Shown here: piece after piece, positions 54,457-63,315 of the stretch
Numbering within the stretch: the stretch's first letter is position 1
Layout of the letters: every line of letters starts with the position of its first letter
From: Dehalococcoidia bacterium
GTDB taxonomy: Bacteria; Chloroflexota; Dehalococcoidia; Lucifugimonadales; Lucifugimonadaceae
Assembly (NCBI GenBank): GCA_965232825.1
Contig: OZ247429.1
Location: forward strand, 1,568,585 to 1,632,584
Reading direction: 5' to 3'
DNA length: 64,000 nucleotides
Notes under the pieces: generated by a model
The model's input: only the letters and a program-made list of their open reading frames with translations
The model's database searches: none
Told to the model about the DNA's origin: nothing
Position numbers and translations under genes: made by a program

Positions 54457-54470
54457 GGCGACGCGTTGTT

Positions 54471-54510
54471 CTAACCCCCCTTATTTCCCCCTTGATCATC
54501 AAGGGGGAGG
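54471..54510. repeat. Family C repeat copy 3 (reverse), with perfect 10-bp-arm hairpin cccccttgat c atcaaggggg
   Basis: The reverse complement cctcccccttgatgatcaagggggaaataaggggggttag aligns to copies 1 and 2. It sits between the SDR stop (54519) and the glpK start (54456). Confidence 0.6.
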
Positions 54511-54518
54511 TTCAGCTT

Positions 54519-55262
54519 CTATCCGAAGAGCGGGTTGTTACCGCCGAATGCATCGATAGCGGTCCCGGTCACCGCGGAAGATTTTTCCGAAGCTAGAAAG
54601 ACGGCCAGATTGGCGATTTCCGACGGAAGCATCAGATTAGGATGATCCTCTCGTCCACGATTGTTGAATGCCTCCCGGTATCCTTCGGTGTCGGTTCCAC
54701 CAGGGCAGATTGCGTTGACATTAATGCCGTGATCGTGCAGTTCGGCGGCAAGGCTCTGGGTGAGGCTGATCAATGCTGATTTTGTAACGCGGTACGCGCT
54801 GCGTCCGCGTGCGCCAGACCGCCCACCGATGCTGGAGATGTTGATAATGTTGCCGCTGCCTTGCTCGATCATTGTCGGCACCGCCGCCTTAGTCAGCATC
54901 GCGGCGGCATTGAGGTTGACTTCAATCACGTCGTACCAGGTGTCATCTCCGAGGTCAACGAGGTCGATTCGAGGATGGATGATGGCGGCATTGTTGACGA
55001 GGATGTCGACCTTTCCAAACTTGGCCAAGACGGTCGGGACGACTCCGGCGACCTGCGCCCGATCGGTGAAGTCAGATTGGCAGACCAGCGCCTCAGCACC
55101 GATTTCACGTACGTGATCTGCAGTGGCCTCCAGCTCGGACACAGTACGCCCGGTTACCGCGACGTTGGCGCCTTCAAGCGCGAAGGCATAGGCGCATGCC
55201 CTTCCGATGCCCTTCGATCCGCCAGTGACAAGCGCTACTTTATCGTCGAATTCGCCGCTCAT
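54519..55262 (-). CDS. Short-chain dehydrogenase/reductase
   Basis: It has TGGSKGIGRA, NNAA, SSIGG and YRVTK. Its start overlaps the kdgK stop. Confidence 0.85.
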   Translation of the reverse strand: MSGEFDDKVALVTGGSKGIGRACAYAFALEGANVAVTGRTVSELEATADHVREIGAEALVCQSDFTDRAQVAGVVPTVLAKFGKVDILVNNAAIIHPRIDLVDLGDDTWYDVIEVNLNAAAMLTKAAVPTMIEQGSGNIINISSIGGRSGARGRSAYRVTKSALISLTQSLAAELHDHGINVNAICPGGTDTEGYREAFNNRGREDHPNLMLPSEIANLAVFLASEKSSAVTGTAIDAFGGNNPLFG

Positions 55263-56284
55263 CGCTGCACCCTTCCGCTAACGTTGCCACCCGCGACGCT
55301 CATCACTTCACTCACCGAGACCAAGTTGAAATCGCCATGGAAGGTGTGAGCTAGCGCGGATGACGCGGCCGCGAATTCCAATGTTTGAGCCGATGTCCAA
55401 CCATCTTGCAAGTTACCGTAGATGAGGCCAGCCGAGAATGCATCCCCACCGCCAACGCGGTCGACGATGCGGACCGAGTATTTCGGAGCCATCAGGATTT
55501 CGTCGCCATCGTAGTAGATAGCCGACCAGTCGTTATCGTCTGCTGACTGCGATTCACGTAGCGTGATGCCAACTTGTTCGAAACCGAACTCCTCGATGAG
55601 GCGGTTCACCACGGGTTCGTAAGCAGTTGCGTCGATCTCGCCACTGGTCACATCCACCCCTTCAGGAGCGACGCCCAAGGACATCTCAGCATCTTCCTCA
55701 TTGCCGATCGCGACATCGACGTATTTCATCATCGGCCGCATCACCGCTTGGGCCTCAGCGGGAGACCAGAGATTTTTCCGGTAGTTCATGTCCGCTGAAA
55801 CGGTGAGTCCCATCGCCTTCGCGATGGACGCCGCTTCGTCGCAGGCCCGGGCCGCCGATTCGGAGATTGCTGGCGTTATACCGGTGAAATGAAACCAGTC
55901 TCTTCCATCGAAGATGCGTTCCCATTCGATCTCGCCCGGTTGTAGTTCGGCTATCGAGGACGCGGCGCGGTCGTAGATTACTTTGGATGCCCTCATGGCT
56001 GCGCCGTTTTCGAGATAGTAGGTTCCGAGGCGTTGGCCTTGCCGAACGATCTCTGATGTGTCGACGCCCCATTGTCGGACGTAGTTGATGCATGCCTGAC
56101 CGATGTCGTTATCTGGCAGTGCGGTGACGTAGATCGATTCGAAACCGAAGTTGGCCAACGAAACCGCGACGTTGCATTCTCCGCCGCCGTACGTGACCTC
56201 AAACTCGCGAGCTTGGGTGAAACGCTCTCGACGGTTCGTCGCGAGACGCAACATAATCTCACCGAACGTTACGACTGATGGCAT
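55259..56284 (-). CDS. kdgK: 2-dehydro-3-deoxygluconokinase (PfkB family)
   Basis: 341 aa with TFGEIMLRL...GGGECNVAVSLANFG...GAAMRASKVIYDRAASS and DRVGGGDAFSAGLIYG. Confidence 0.82.
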   Translation of the reverse strand: MPSVVTFGEIMLRLATNRRERFTQAREFEVTYGGGECNVAVSLANFGFESIYVTALPDNDIGQACINYVRQWGVDTSEIVRQGQRLGTYYLENGAAMRASKVIYDRAASSIAELQPGEIEWERIFDGRDWFHFTGITPAISESAARACDEAASIAKAMGLTVSADMNYRKNLWSPAEAQAVMRPMMKYVDVAIGNEEDAEMSLGVAPEGVDVTSGEIDATAYEPVVNRLIEEFGFEQVGITLRESQSADDNDWSAIYYDGDEILMAPKYSVRIVDRVGGGDAFSAGLIYGNLQDGWTSAQTLEFAAASSALAHTFHGDFNLVSVSEVMSVAGGNVSGRVQR

Positions 56285-56330
56285 TGATTGAATCTCCTCG
56301 GCTCTTACAGCAGGTTGCGGTTGTCAGTTT

Positions 56331-57134
56331 CTAGTAGAAGGTTGCGTTGTCGTCGTCATCTCCCCCGCCGGAACCGGATACGACGTTCGCGAGCTCGGTG
56401 TCAACCGCGGATTTCAGCAGACGGACATCGGAAGCAATAGGGAACCAAGTCATGCCCTGTTGAATACGGCGAGCGGCCTCGTTGCCGTCGATGCAGTGGA
56501 TGCCCGTCGCAACGCCGTGACGTTTGCCCGCAGCGACGACAGTTTCGACCGCTTTGACGTGATCGGGGTGCTTGTTGTCGAGACCAGTGGGGACGCCGAG
56601 GGTGCTTGCCAGATCGTTGGGTCCGACGAAACACACATCGAGATCGGGAACTTCCATAATTTTGTCGATGCGATCGACCGCCCGCCAATCCTCAATCATG
56701 CACACCACCATGATGAGGTCGTTGGCATTTTCGTAGTAGTTGCTGCCATAGACGAGTTGGCCGCGAGTGGAACCGATACCGCGTAAGCCGCGCGGGCGGT
56801 ACTTCGCAGCCACCACCGCACGTTCAGCCTCTTCTTCGTCCTTGACGTCAGGCACCACGATGCCAGTAAATCCGATGTCTAGGACCCGTTTCACCCAGAT
56901 CGGATCGTTGCTCGGAATCCGGGCGAACATTGGTTTGCCTGAGCCATTACCGGCGCGGAGGCAATGCACCGCGGTCGAAACGTCGATCGCGTTGTGTTCG
57001 AAATCGAGCGTAACCCAGTCGAACTCAGTAGTGTGCAACAGCGTCTCGATGACTGAAGGGTCGCCGCTGGCCGACCACGTGCCGAGCGATGGTAAGTTCT
57101 GGGCGAGTTTCGCCTTAACCGGGTTGACGTCCAT
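56331..57134 (-). CDS. HpcH/HpaI-family class II (2-keto-3-deoxy-acid) aldolase
   Basis: 267 aa with DWVTLDFEHNAID, ARIPSNDPIWVKRVLDIGFTGIVVP, MIEDWRAV and FVGPNDLA. Confidence 0.8.
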   Translation of the reverse strand: MDVNPVKAKLAQNLPSLGTWSASGDPSVIETLLHTTEFDWVTLDFEHNAIDVSTAVHCLRAGNGSGKPMFARIPSNDPIWVKRVLDIGFTGIVVPDVKDEEEAERAVVAAKYRPRGLRGIGSTRGQLVYGSNYYENANDLIMVVCMIEDWRAVDRIDKIMEVPDLDVCFVGPNDLASTLGVPTGLDNKHPDHVKAVETVVAAGKRHGVATGIHCIDGNEAARRIQQGMTWFPIASDVRLLKSAVDTELANVVSGSGGGDDDDNATFY

Positions 57135-57255
57135 GTTCTCAAACCTCTCAGGATTCCACGCGAAATGAGACTAACACAACGAGATTATGAGGACGAGACA
57201 GGCAAGCGATAGACTCGGAATCGTTGACGAGAGAAACGGTTCCAGGAGATATGGG

Positions 57256-57930
57256 ATGGCACGGCACACCAAGCTTGAAGCATTGAACGCGATGCATGAA
57301 ATCGGCGTTGTCCCGGTGTTCTACAACGGCGATATCGAGAAAGCCCAGAACGTCGCCCGGGCCTGTGTGGCTGGCGGAATCCGAGTTTTAGAGTTCACGA
57401 ACCGCGGTGATCATGCTTGGGAGGTGTTTTCGAGCTTGGACAGGTTCTGCGCCGCGGAGCTGCCCGACGCGATTTTGGGTGCCGGATCGGTACTCGACGC
57501 GGGAACAGCTTCGATCTACATCAGCAACGGAGCGAGTTTCATTGTTGGACCAGTGACCAATCCCGACGTCGCGAAAGTCTGCAATCGTCGGAAGGTGCCA
57601 TACATCCCGGGCTGCGGCACGGCTTCGGAGATTTCGGCCGCCGAAGAACTGGGAGCAGATATCGTCAAAATCTTTCCCGGCTCGGCGGTTGGCGGACCGG
57701 GTTTCGTCAAAGACGTCCTAGCACCAATGCCGTGGTCTTCGATCATGCCTACCGGCGGTGTCGACATCACCGAGGAATCGTTGCGCCCCTGGTTTGAGGC
57801 CGGAGTCTGCGCCGTGGGGATGGGTTCACGACTCGCTTCAAGCGACGTTGTGGCTAGCGGGGACTGGGACACTCTGGAGACGCGCAGCCGTGATGTGGTG
57901 GCTTTGATCCGGCAGATACGGGCCAACTGA
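57256..57930 (+). CDS. eda: KDPG/KHG aldolase
   Basis: ATG at 57256 lies 7 nt after AGGAG. The sequence VVPVFYNGDIEKAQNVARACVAGGIRVLEFTNR...GAGSVLD...VKIFPG is typical of Eda-family aldolases. Confidence 0.8.
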   Translation: MARHTKLEALNAMHEIGVVPVFYNGDIEKAQNVARACVAGGIRVLEFTNRGDHAWEVFSSLDRFCAAELPDAILGAGSVLDAGTASIYISNGASFIVGPVTNPDVAKVCNRRKVPYIPGCGTASEISAAEELGADIVKIFPGSAVGGPGFVKDVLAPMPWSSIMPTGGVDITEESLRPWFEAGVCAVGMGSRLASSDVVASGDWDTLETRSRDVVALIRQIRAN

Positions 57931-57961
57931 GGCCGCGAAGCGTACGATTCAAGCCACGGAA

Positions 57962-58060
57962 TTGTACACATTGTTGAAACAGTAGCAAGCGGTTGTACAT
58001 GTTGATCGCGATATGTGCAAAACTGGGCGGTTTTTATACATACCAAGTTCATACATCGAT
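57962..58060. repeat. Cluster of TGTACA/ATGTGCA-type heptamers downstream of fic
   Basis: The motifs are ttgtacacattg, ttgtacatgttg, atatgtgcaaaa, tatacatac and catacatcg, all within ~100 AT-rich bp. Confidence 0.5.
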
Positions 58061-59176
58061 AAAGTGAACGATGTTCGCCATATCGTCGGATTGACCGGTC
58101 AGGATATCGATGAGGTCGTGGTTCCTAAAAAGCTGGTGCCGGCCGGATTTGATACGCTCCAACATGCCGGCTCTGGTGAGCGCCTCTAAACGCGAACGCG
58201 CCGTGGCTCGGGTCACGCCTTCGACTTCCTGCACCATCCTCGTGGTTGTGTAAGGGCGCATAAAGAGCAGATCGATCAATTGCTCGGATGCTGCGGTGGG
58301 AGCGTCTACCCGTGCTCTTTCGGCGAACTCCTTGCGCAACTCCCTGATTCTGATCAGATCATTGCGCCCTTCCTCAGCCACTTCTCTTATGCCGGCCAAT
58401 ATGAATCGCACCCACTCTTCCCACGCGCCTGATTCAGTGACGGCACGCAGTCCGGCATAGTATTCGCGGCGGCGGCGCAGGAAATAACGGCTGAGATACA
58501 GGACGGGTTGATCCAATAATCCTTTGTGCATCAGATAGAGGATGTTGATGATGCGGCCTGTCCTTCCGTTGCCGTCCGGGAACGGGTGTATCGCTTCGAA
58601 CTGGTAATGCATGATCGCCATCTTGATGATGGGATCTAAACCGGTCGAGCTCTCGTTAGCGAAATTGATGAGATTCTCCAAGAGGCGGAGCAAGGTGGGC
58701 TTCCCAAACGGCGGCGTGTAGACCACAAACCGCGCGCGCAGATTACCGATGAGGACCGCGGAATCTCTCACATCCGTCTGGGTGCCGAGAATCTGGCTGC
58801 ATATGTCGATGAACAGCTGAGTTTCCAAATCCGGATGAGTCGATAACCGATCGATGGCCGTTGAAAGCGCGGGACGGTAGCGTGCAGCTTCCTTGGTGGC
58901 ATCAGAAGCGCGTTCGTTGCCAACCGCCATGAATCTGAACAGTTCATCGCTCGTGGTGTTGACATTCTCGATCTCCGAGCTGGCCACCGCCTCAGTAATG
59001 GCAAACGCGTCGATCAGCAATTGTGGATTGGGCACACTGAGCGCGGTCCCGTTGAGATTCGCCAACGCGCGGCTGGCCAAGTTGAGCTCCCGCATCACAC
59101 CGATAGTCTCGATTTCGATCGCGGGTGGTAGCTGCGGAAGTTCGTTGTACGGTCGCTTCGGATCATATGTTGACAT
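58049..59176 (-). CDS. Fic-family protein (class II, Fic_N + Fido + C-terminal winged-helix)
   Basis: 375 aa with the Fic motif HPFPDGNGRTGR and the N-terminal inhibitory-helix motif SSEIEN ([ST]xxxE[GN]). The C-terminus RMVQEVEGVTRATARSRLEALTRAGMLERIKSGRHQLFRN looks like a wHTH. Confidence 0.9.
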   Translation of the reverse strand: MSTYDPKRPYNELPQLPPAIEIETIGVMRELNLASRALANLNGTALSVPNPQLLIDAFAITEAVASSEIENVNTTSDELFRFMAVGNERASDATKEAARYRPALSTAIDRLSTHPDLETQLFIDICSQILGTQTDVRDSAVLIGNLRARFVVYTPPFGKPTLLRLLENLINFANESSTGLDPIIKMAIMHYQFEAIHPFPDGNGRTGRIINILYLMHKGLLDQPVLYLSRYFLRRRREYYAGLRAVTESGAWEEWVRFILAGIREVAEEGRNDLIRIRELRKEFAERARVDAPTAASEQLIDLLFMRPYTTTRMVQEVEGVTRATARSRLEALTRAGMLERIKSGRHQLFRNHDLIDILTGQSDDMANIVHFIDV

Positions 59177-59197
59177 GAAACCCGCCTGCCTGATCGC

Positions 59198-59381
59198 AGA
59201 TATGTATAATTTTACCCCTTATATTATACATATCGCTCGCGACATGTACGACCATCGTACCAACTCGCTCCTACATGTACAAATTTTTGCTATTTTTGCA
59301 CACATTGCCAACGACATGTGCAATGGCTATACCTATCCGATTCGATATGCACTATTTTGCGCGTGTTTTTGCACACGTTGA
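59198..59381. repeat. Iteron-like motif cluster upstream of fic (8 copies of [AC]ATGT[AG]CA / TGCACAC[AG]T; two ~36-bp imperfect direct repeats)
   Basis: The motifs are gatatgtataat, ttatacatatcg, gacatgtacg, ctacatgtacaaatttttgc, tttttgcacacattg, gacatgtgcaatgg, gatatgcactattttgc and tttttgcacacgttg. The direct repeats span 59273-59307 and 59345-59380. A TATAAT box for fic lies on the minus strand at 59228-59223. Confidence 0.6.
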
Positions 59382-59401
59382 AATCGAATTACGGCAACCC
59401 G

Positions 59402-60382
59402 TCAATCTTTAGCACATGCCGCTTCAAGGGCGCGGTCGAAATCCACCACCCAAGGGCCGTTGGTATCGATGCGTACCGATGCGCTCATTCCATCCAGCAG
59501 TTCAACCTCACGCTCCCCATCCAACGCGATCGTGCCTCGTGCTGCTCGGATTTTCACCGTTTCGCCGGGGATGATGATCTGCCAATTCTCGATAGGCACG
59601 TCGCGCACCATTCCGGGAGCTATGGGTGCCGTCGATGTCAAGGTGCCGGAACTGCCCGGCGTAGGGAACTGGATGTGGAGCCCGCGCGGTTCGTCCAGTC
59701 CGATCAACGCTAATCTGGCACCGATCGATGCGATGCCTATGCTGGACGCCTCCGCGCGCGTCAGAAACACCGAGTCGAGAGTCCCGACGTCCCATAGTGC
59801 GCGGGCGCCGACCATCGTCTGACGCGAAACGGCGGCATCTACTAGCGCGATATCGCGCAGGTCATCGTTGACGAAAACCTCGATCTTCTTCGAACGGCGG
59901 CACACGCGGTGGCGGCTTGATCGGTCCGCTGCAACAATTGCGGCTGCGATGCCGGCGAGCGTTCCTTCGATCTCCTTGGGGAAGACGTTGTTGGTTCCGG
60001 TCGATATCGGTGCTATCGGCACATCGCCGCATCCTTTGGCGACCAATCGGTTCGTGCCGTCGCCACCGAGGGTAACGATGCAATCTGCGCCGGCGTCGCG
60101 CATTATTCCGGCGGCGAGTGTCGAGTCGTTCTGGCTACCGGATGGAGTCTGTTGTATGAACTCTGAATGCATTTCATCTTGGGTGTCGGCCATCGCGGCG
60201 CGCGCCAATCCGGCCATATCCGGCATGACGATGACTTTGGTCACGCCGTGGGATTGGAGGCCGGCAAAAACCCGGCGAAGCGTGTTCGATTTCTCTTGGT
60301 TGGAGACCACGCGACCCTGCGCAACTAACCGTCGAATGTCTTTGCCGGCTGCGGGGTTTGCGATTATGCCTACTGTTGGCAT
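59402..60382 (-). CDS. ATP-NAD kinase-fold protein (AcoX/COG3199-like)
   Basis: 326 aa with VGIIANPAAGKD, the diacylglycerol/NAD kinase motif TLGGDGTNR and STGTNNVF. Confidence 0.7.
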   Translation of the reverse strand: MPTVGIIANPAAGKDIRRLVAQGRVVSNQEKSNTLRRVFAGLQSHGVTKVIVMPDMAGLARAAMADTQDEMHSEFIQQTPSGSQNDSTLAAGIMRDAGADCIVTLGGDGTNRLVAKGCGDVPIAPISTGTNNVFPKEIEGTLAGIAAAIVAADRSSRHRVCRRSKKIEVFVNDDLRDIALVDAAVSRQTMVGARALWDVGTLDSVFLTRAEASSIGIASIGARLALIGLDEPRGLHIQFPTPGSSGTLTSTAPIAPGMVRDVPIENWQIIIPGETVKIRAARGTIALDGEREVELLDGMSASVRIDTNGPWVVDFDRALEAACAKD

Positions 60383-60402
60383 GTTGAATACGCTCGCGTC
60401 CG

Positions 60403-63315
60403 TTAATGATCAGCGACGGCTGGAGCGAGCACCTCGGCCAGAAATAGGGCCGGACGACGCAACTCATCTTCGATCTGCTGCTTACACGAAACGCCGGTGA
60501 TGGCGAACTGTGTATCTAGGCTGGCCTTACGCAGCGCTGGGAACAGGCGGTCTTCGCCAACTTGCTGTGCAACGTCGTAATGCTCCTTGGCGTAACCGAA
60601 GGAACCGGCCATGCCGCAACATCCCGCATCGATGAGATTGGCGCGGTAGTTAGGTGGCAGGTTGAGAGCGGCAACCGCTTGTGCAGTTCCGATCAGAGCG
60701 CGCTCGTGACAGTGGACATGCAGGAGTATTTCGGCAGCGAAATCGCTCCATTCGATTTGCTGACCTCCGTCGTTGTGGGTGGCAACGAGGACTTCTTGGA
60801 GCATCATCGATGCGTTGGCAACGGTATTCACATTAGGGTCCGAGCCTAGAAGATCGGGATACTCGTCTTTGAGCGTCAAGATACAGCTGCTTTCGCAACC
60901 TACAATTTTGGCTCCAGCATCAACGTATGGCTTCAAGATGGCGACATTTTTCATGGCGTTTTCGATCGCTTGATCCAAGAGCCCCGAAGAAACCATTGTT
61001 CGCCCGCAACATGCGCGGTCAACCAATTGGACGCGGTAACCGAGCGCTTCAAGCAGTTTTACTGCCGCTTTCCCGGATTCCGGGTGGTTGAAGTTCATGA
61101 AGGTATCATGGAACAGCACGATATCGCCGCGCGAGCCTGTTGTGTTGGGTTGCCGACGCCCGAACCATTGATCAAAGGTTTCGCTCATGATTTTCGGCAA
61201 TTTACGCCGTCGATCAACCTTGAGTAATTTCTCCGATGCCCATCTAGCCGGTGCAGATCGATTTATAGCGTTGGCGAGAGGTGCGATCGGGCCAGGCGCG
61301 AGGGAGTTGAGGCGATGGATGTTCGCGACCAACCGCGACCGCAGCGGGACGGAGTGCGTCTGATAGTAGAGATCAAGAAATTCGTACTTTATCTTTGCCA
61401 TGTCAACGTTCGAGGGGCATTCGGATTTACACGATTTGCACTCGAGGCAGAGATCAAGGACCTCGAACATTCGCTCCGAACGGATTTCATCGATGGGCAA
61501 TGCGCCGGACATCGCGGCTCGGAGTGCGTTGGCGCGTCCGCGGGTGGAGTGCTCCTCCTCTCGGGTCGCCATGTACGATGGACACATCGCGCCGGCGTTG
61601 ACTTTTCGGCAAGCGCCGACTCCGTTGCATCGTTCGATTGCGCCGGCAAACCCGCCGTCGGCGCTCCAATCGAGTTTGGTTGTGATGGTTTCGGCGGAAT
61701 AGTCTTTACCGTAGCGGAGGTTCTCACGCATGTCCGGCGTGTCGAAGACTTTTCCGGGGTTCATGATGCCTTCCGGGTCGAACAAGCCTTTTACTTCCCG
61801 GAAATGTTCGACCAACTCGGGCCCGAACATCTTCTCAGCCCACGCTCCACGAACTATGCCGTCGCCGTGTTCGCCGCTCAAGGAACCGCCAAATTCGAGA
61901 ACGAGATCGGAAATCTCGTTGGCGATGTCATACATCCGGTCGATGCCTGCGGACTGCTTAAGATTGACGAGGGGACGGATGTGGAGGCATCCGACGCTGG
62001 CATGCCCGTAGTATCCGGCCTCGGTTCCGTGCCGTTTCACGATCTCGTCGAAACGTTCGACATATTCGGGCAACCGCTCAGGTGAAACTGCGGTGTCCTC
62101 AACGAACGGCAGCGGCTTGGCATCGCCCTCCACGTTCATCATCAGGCCAAGACCCGCTTCACGCATCTCCCATACCTGTCGTTGCTCAGCTGGTTCGAGC
62201 AGAATAGTCACTGCATAGGCCGCAGTTTCGTGCGTGATCGAATTGCCAAAGGCCTCGAGTTTGGATCGGGTTTCGGAGACGTTTTCTCCGGTCATCTCGA
62301 CTACCAGGATGTCCGAAGGGTCTTCTTGCAAGAAGCCGAGACCGCGTGAGAACCCGAGCGATTTACGGGCTTGATTGATGATGATTTCGCCGATATGCTC
62401 CACCGCGCTCACGTCGTGCTCAAGGGTGGCAACGGTGGCCTCCATGGTCTCGCGCAAAGTGCGGAAATGAAGGACCGCTAATCCTTTCGATTTGGGGATG
62501 TCCCAGAGCTTCAATCGAGCATCAGTTACCGCGGCAAGCGTTCCTTCGGAACCGACCATCACTTGTGTTAGGTCGATGATGGGGCCATCTGTGACCGGTG
62601 AGTAGACACGGTCGATGTTGTAGCCACCGACGCGTCGCAATATTTTCGGGAACCGCCGGTCGACTTCGCCAGCTGCGCGGTCGGCGATGCCGGGTATGCC
62701 CCGATATATCTGACCTTCCAAGTTGGAGAGCGACATCTTGCCTTCGAGTTGGGGCGCGGTCAGGGCTTGGAAGGATGCTCGCGAACCGTCCGACAGCACG
62801 ACGGACATCTGCTGGACTTGGTCGACGGTTTTGCCGTAAATGATGGAGTGCGATCCGCAAGAGTTGTTACCCATCGCACCGCCGATGTTGGCGCGCGACG
62901 AGGTGCTTGGATCCGGGGTGAAGTATTTGCCCGTGTGCGCTACTCGGCGATTGAGTTCGTCGATGGTGATGCCGGGTTGGGTGTGTACCCAACCCTCTTC
63001 GCCATTGATCTCGATAACGTCGTGCATGAATTTCGAGAAGTCGATGACGACGCCTCGATTTACGGTCTGGCCTGAAAGACCTGTTCCGCCGCCTCGAGGT
63101 AGGACGGAAACGCCGGCGTTGTTGCAGGTTTCGATGACTGCGCTGACGTCGTTGGCGTCATGAGGGAGGACGACGCCGAGGGGAGTCATCTTGTAGATAG
63201 ACGCGTCGGTGGCGTAAAGCTGGCGAGAGTAGCGGTCGAATCTTACTTCGCCGGCAACCACATTTTTTAGTTCTTCTGCGAGTTGCGATCGCGTCGATCT
63301 GCTCGCGGTTGTCAC
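60403..63315 (-). CDS. FAD-linked oxidase fused to Fe-S / CCG-domain module (GlcD-GlcF fusion, YdiJ-like 2-hydroxyacid dehydrogenase candidate)
   Basis: 970 aa with a GTG start overlapping the TerC stop. It has an FAD_binding_4 N-domain (VLPRGGGTGLSGQTV), 4Fe-4S motifs (CNGVGACRKV...CPS, CLECKSCKSECPS) and two Cys-rich CCG-like repeats near the C-terminus (..CCG..). Confidence 0.88.
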   Translation of the reverse strand: MTTASRSTRSQLAEELKNVVAGEVRFDRYSRQLYATDASIYKMTPLGVVLPHDANDVSAVIETCNNAGVSVLPRGGGTGLSGQTVNRGVVIDFSKFMHDVIEINGEEGWVHTQPGITIDELNRRVAHTGKYFTPDPSTSSRANIGGAMGNNSCGSHSIIYGKTVDQVQQMSVVLSDGSRASFQALTAPQLEGKMSLSNLEGQIYRGIPGIADRAAGEVDRRFPKILRRVGGYNIDRVYSPVTDGPIIDLTQVMVGSEGTLAAVTDARLKLWDIPKSKGLAVLHFRTLRETMEATVATLEHDVSAVEHIGEIIINQARKSLGFSRGLGFLQEDPSDILVVEMTGENVSETRSKLEAFGNSITHETAAYAVTILLEPAEQRQVWEMREAGLGLMMNVEGDAKPLPFVEDTAVSPERLPEYVERFDEIVKRHGTEAGYYGHASVGCLHIRPLVNLKQSAGIDRMYDIANEISDLVLEFGGSLSGEHGDGIVRGAWAEKMFGPELVEHFREVKGLFDPEGIMNPGKVFDTPDMRENLRYGKDYSAETITTKLDWSADGGFAGAIERCNGVGACRKVNAGAMCPSYMATREEEHSTRGRANALRAAMSGALPIDEIRSERMFEVLDLCLECKSCKSECPSNVDMAKIKYEFLDLYYQTHSVPLRSRLVANIHRLNSLAPGPIAPLANAINRSAPARWASEKLLKVDRRRKLPKIMSETFDQWFGRRQPNTTGSRGDIVLFHDTFMNFNHPESGKAAVKLLEALGYRVQLVDRACCGRTMVSSGLLDQAIENAMKNVAILKPYVDAGAKIVGCESSCILTLKDEYPDLLGSDPNVNTVANASMMLQEVLVATHNDGGQQIEWSDFAAEILLHVHCHERALIGTAQAVAALNLPPNYRANLIDAGCCGMAGSFGYAKEHYDVAQQVGEDRLFPALRKASLDTQFAITGVSCKQQIEDELRRPALFLAEVLAPAVADH

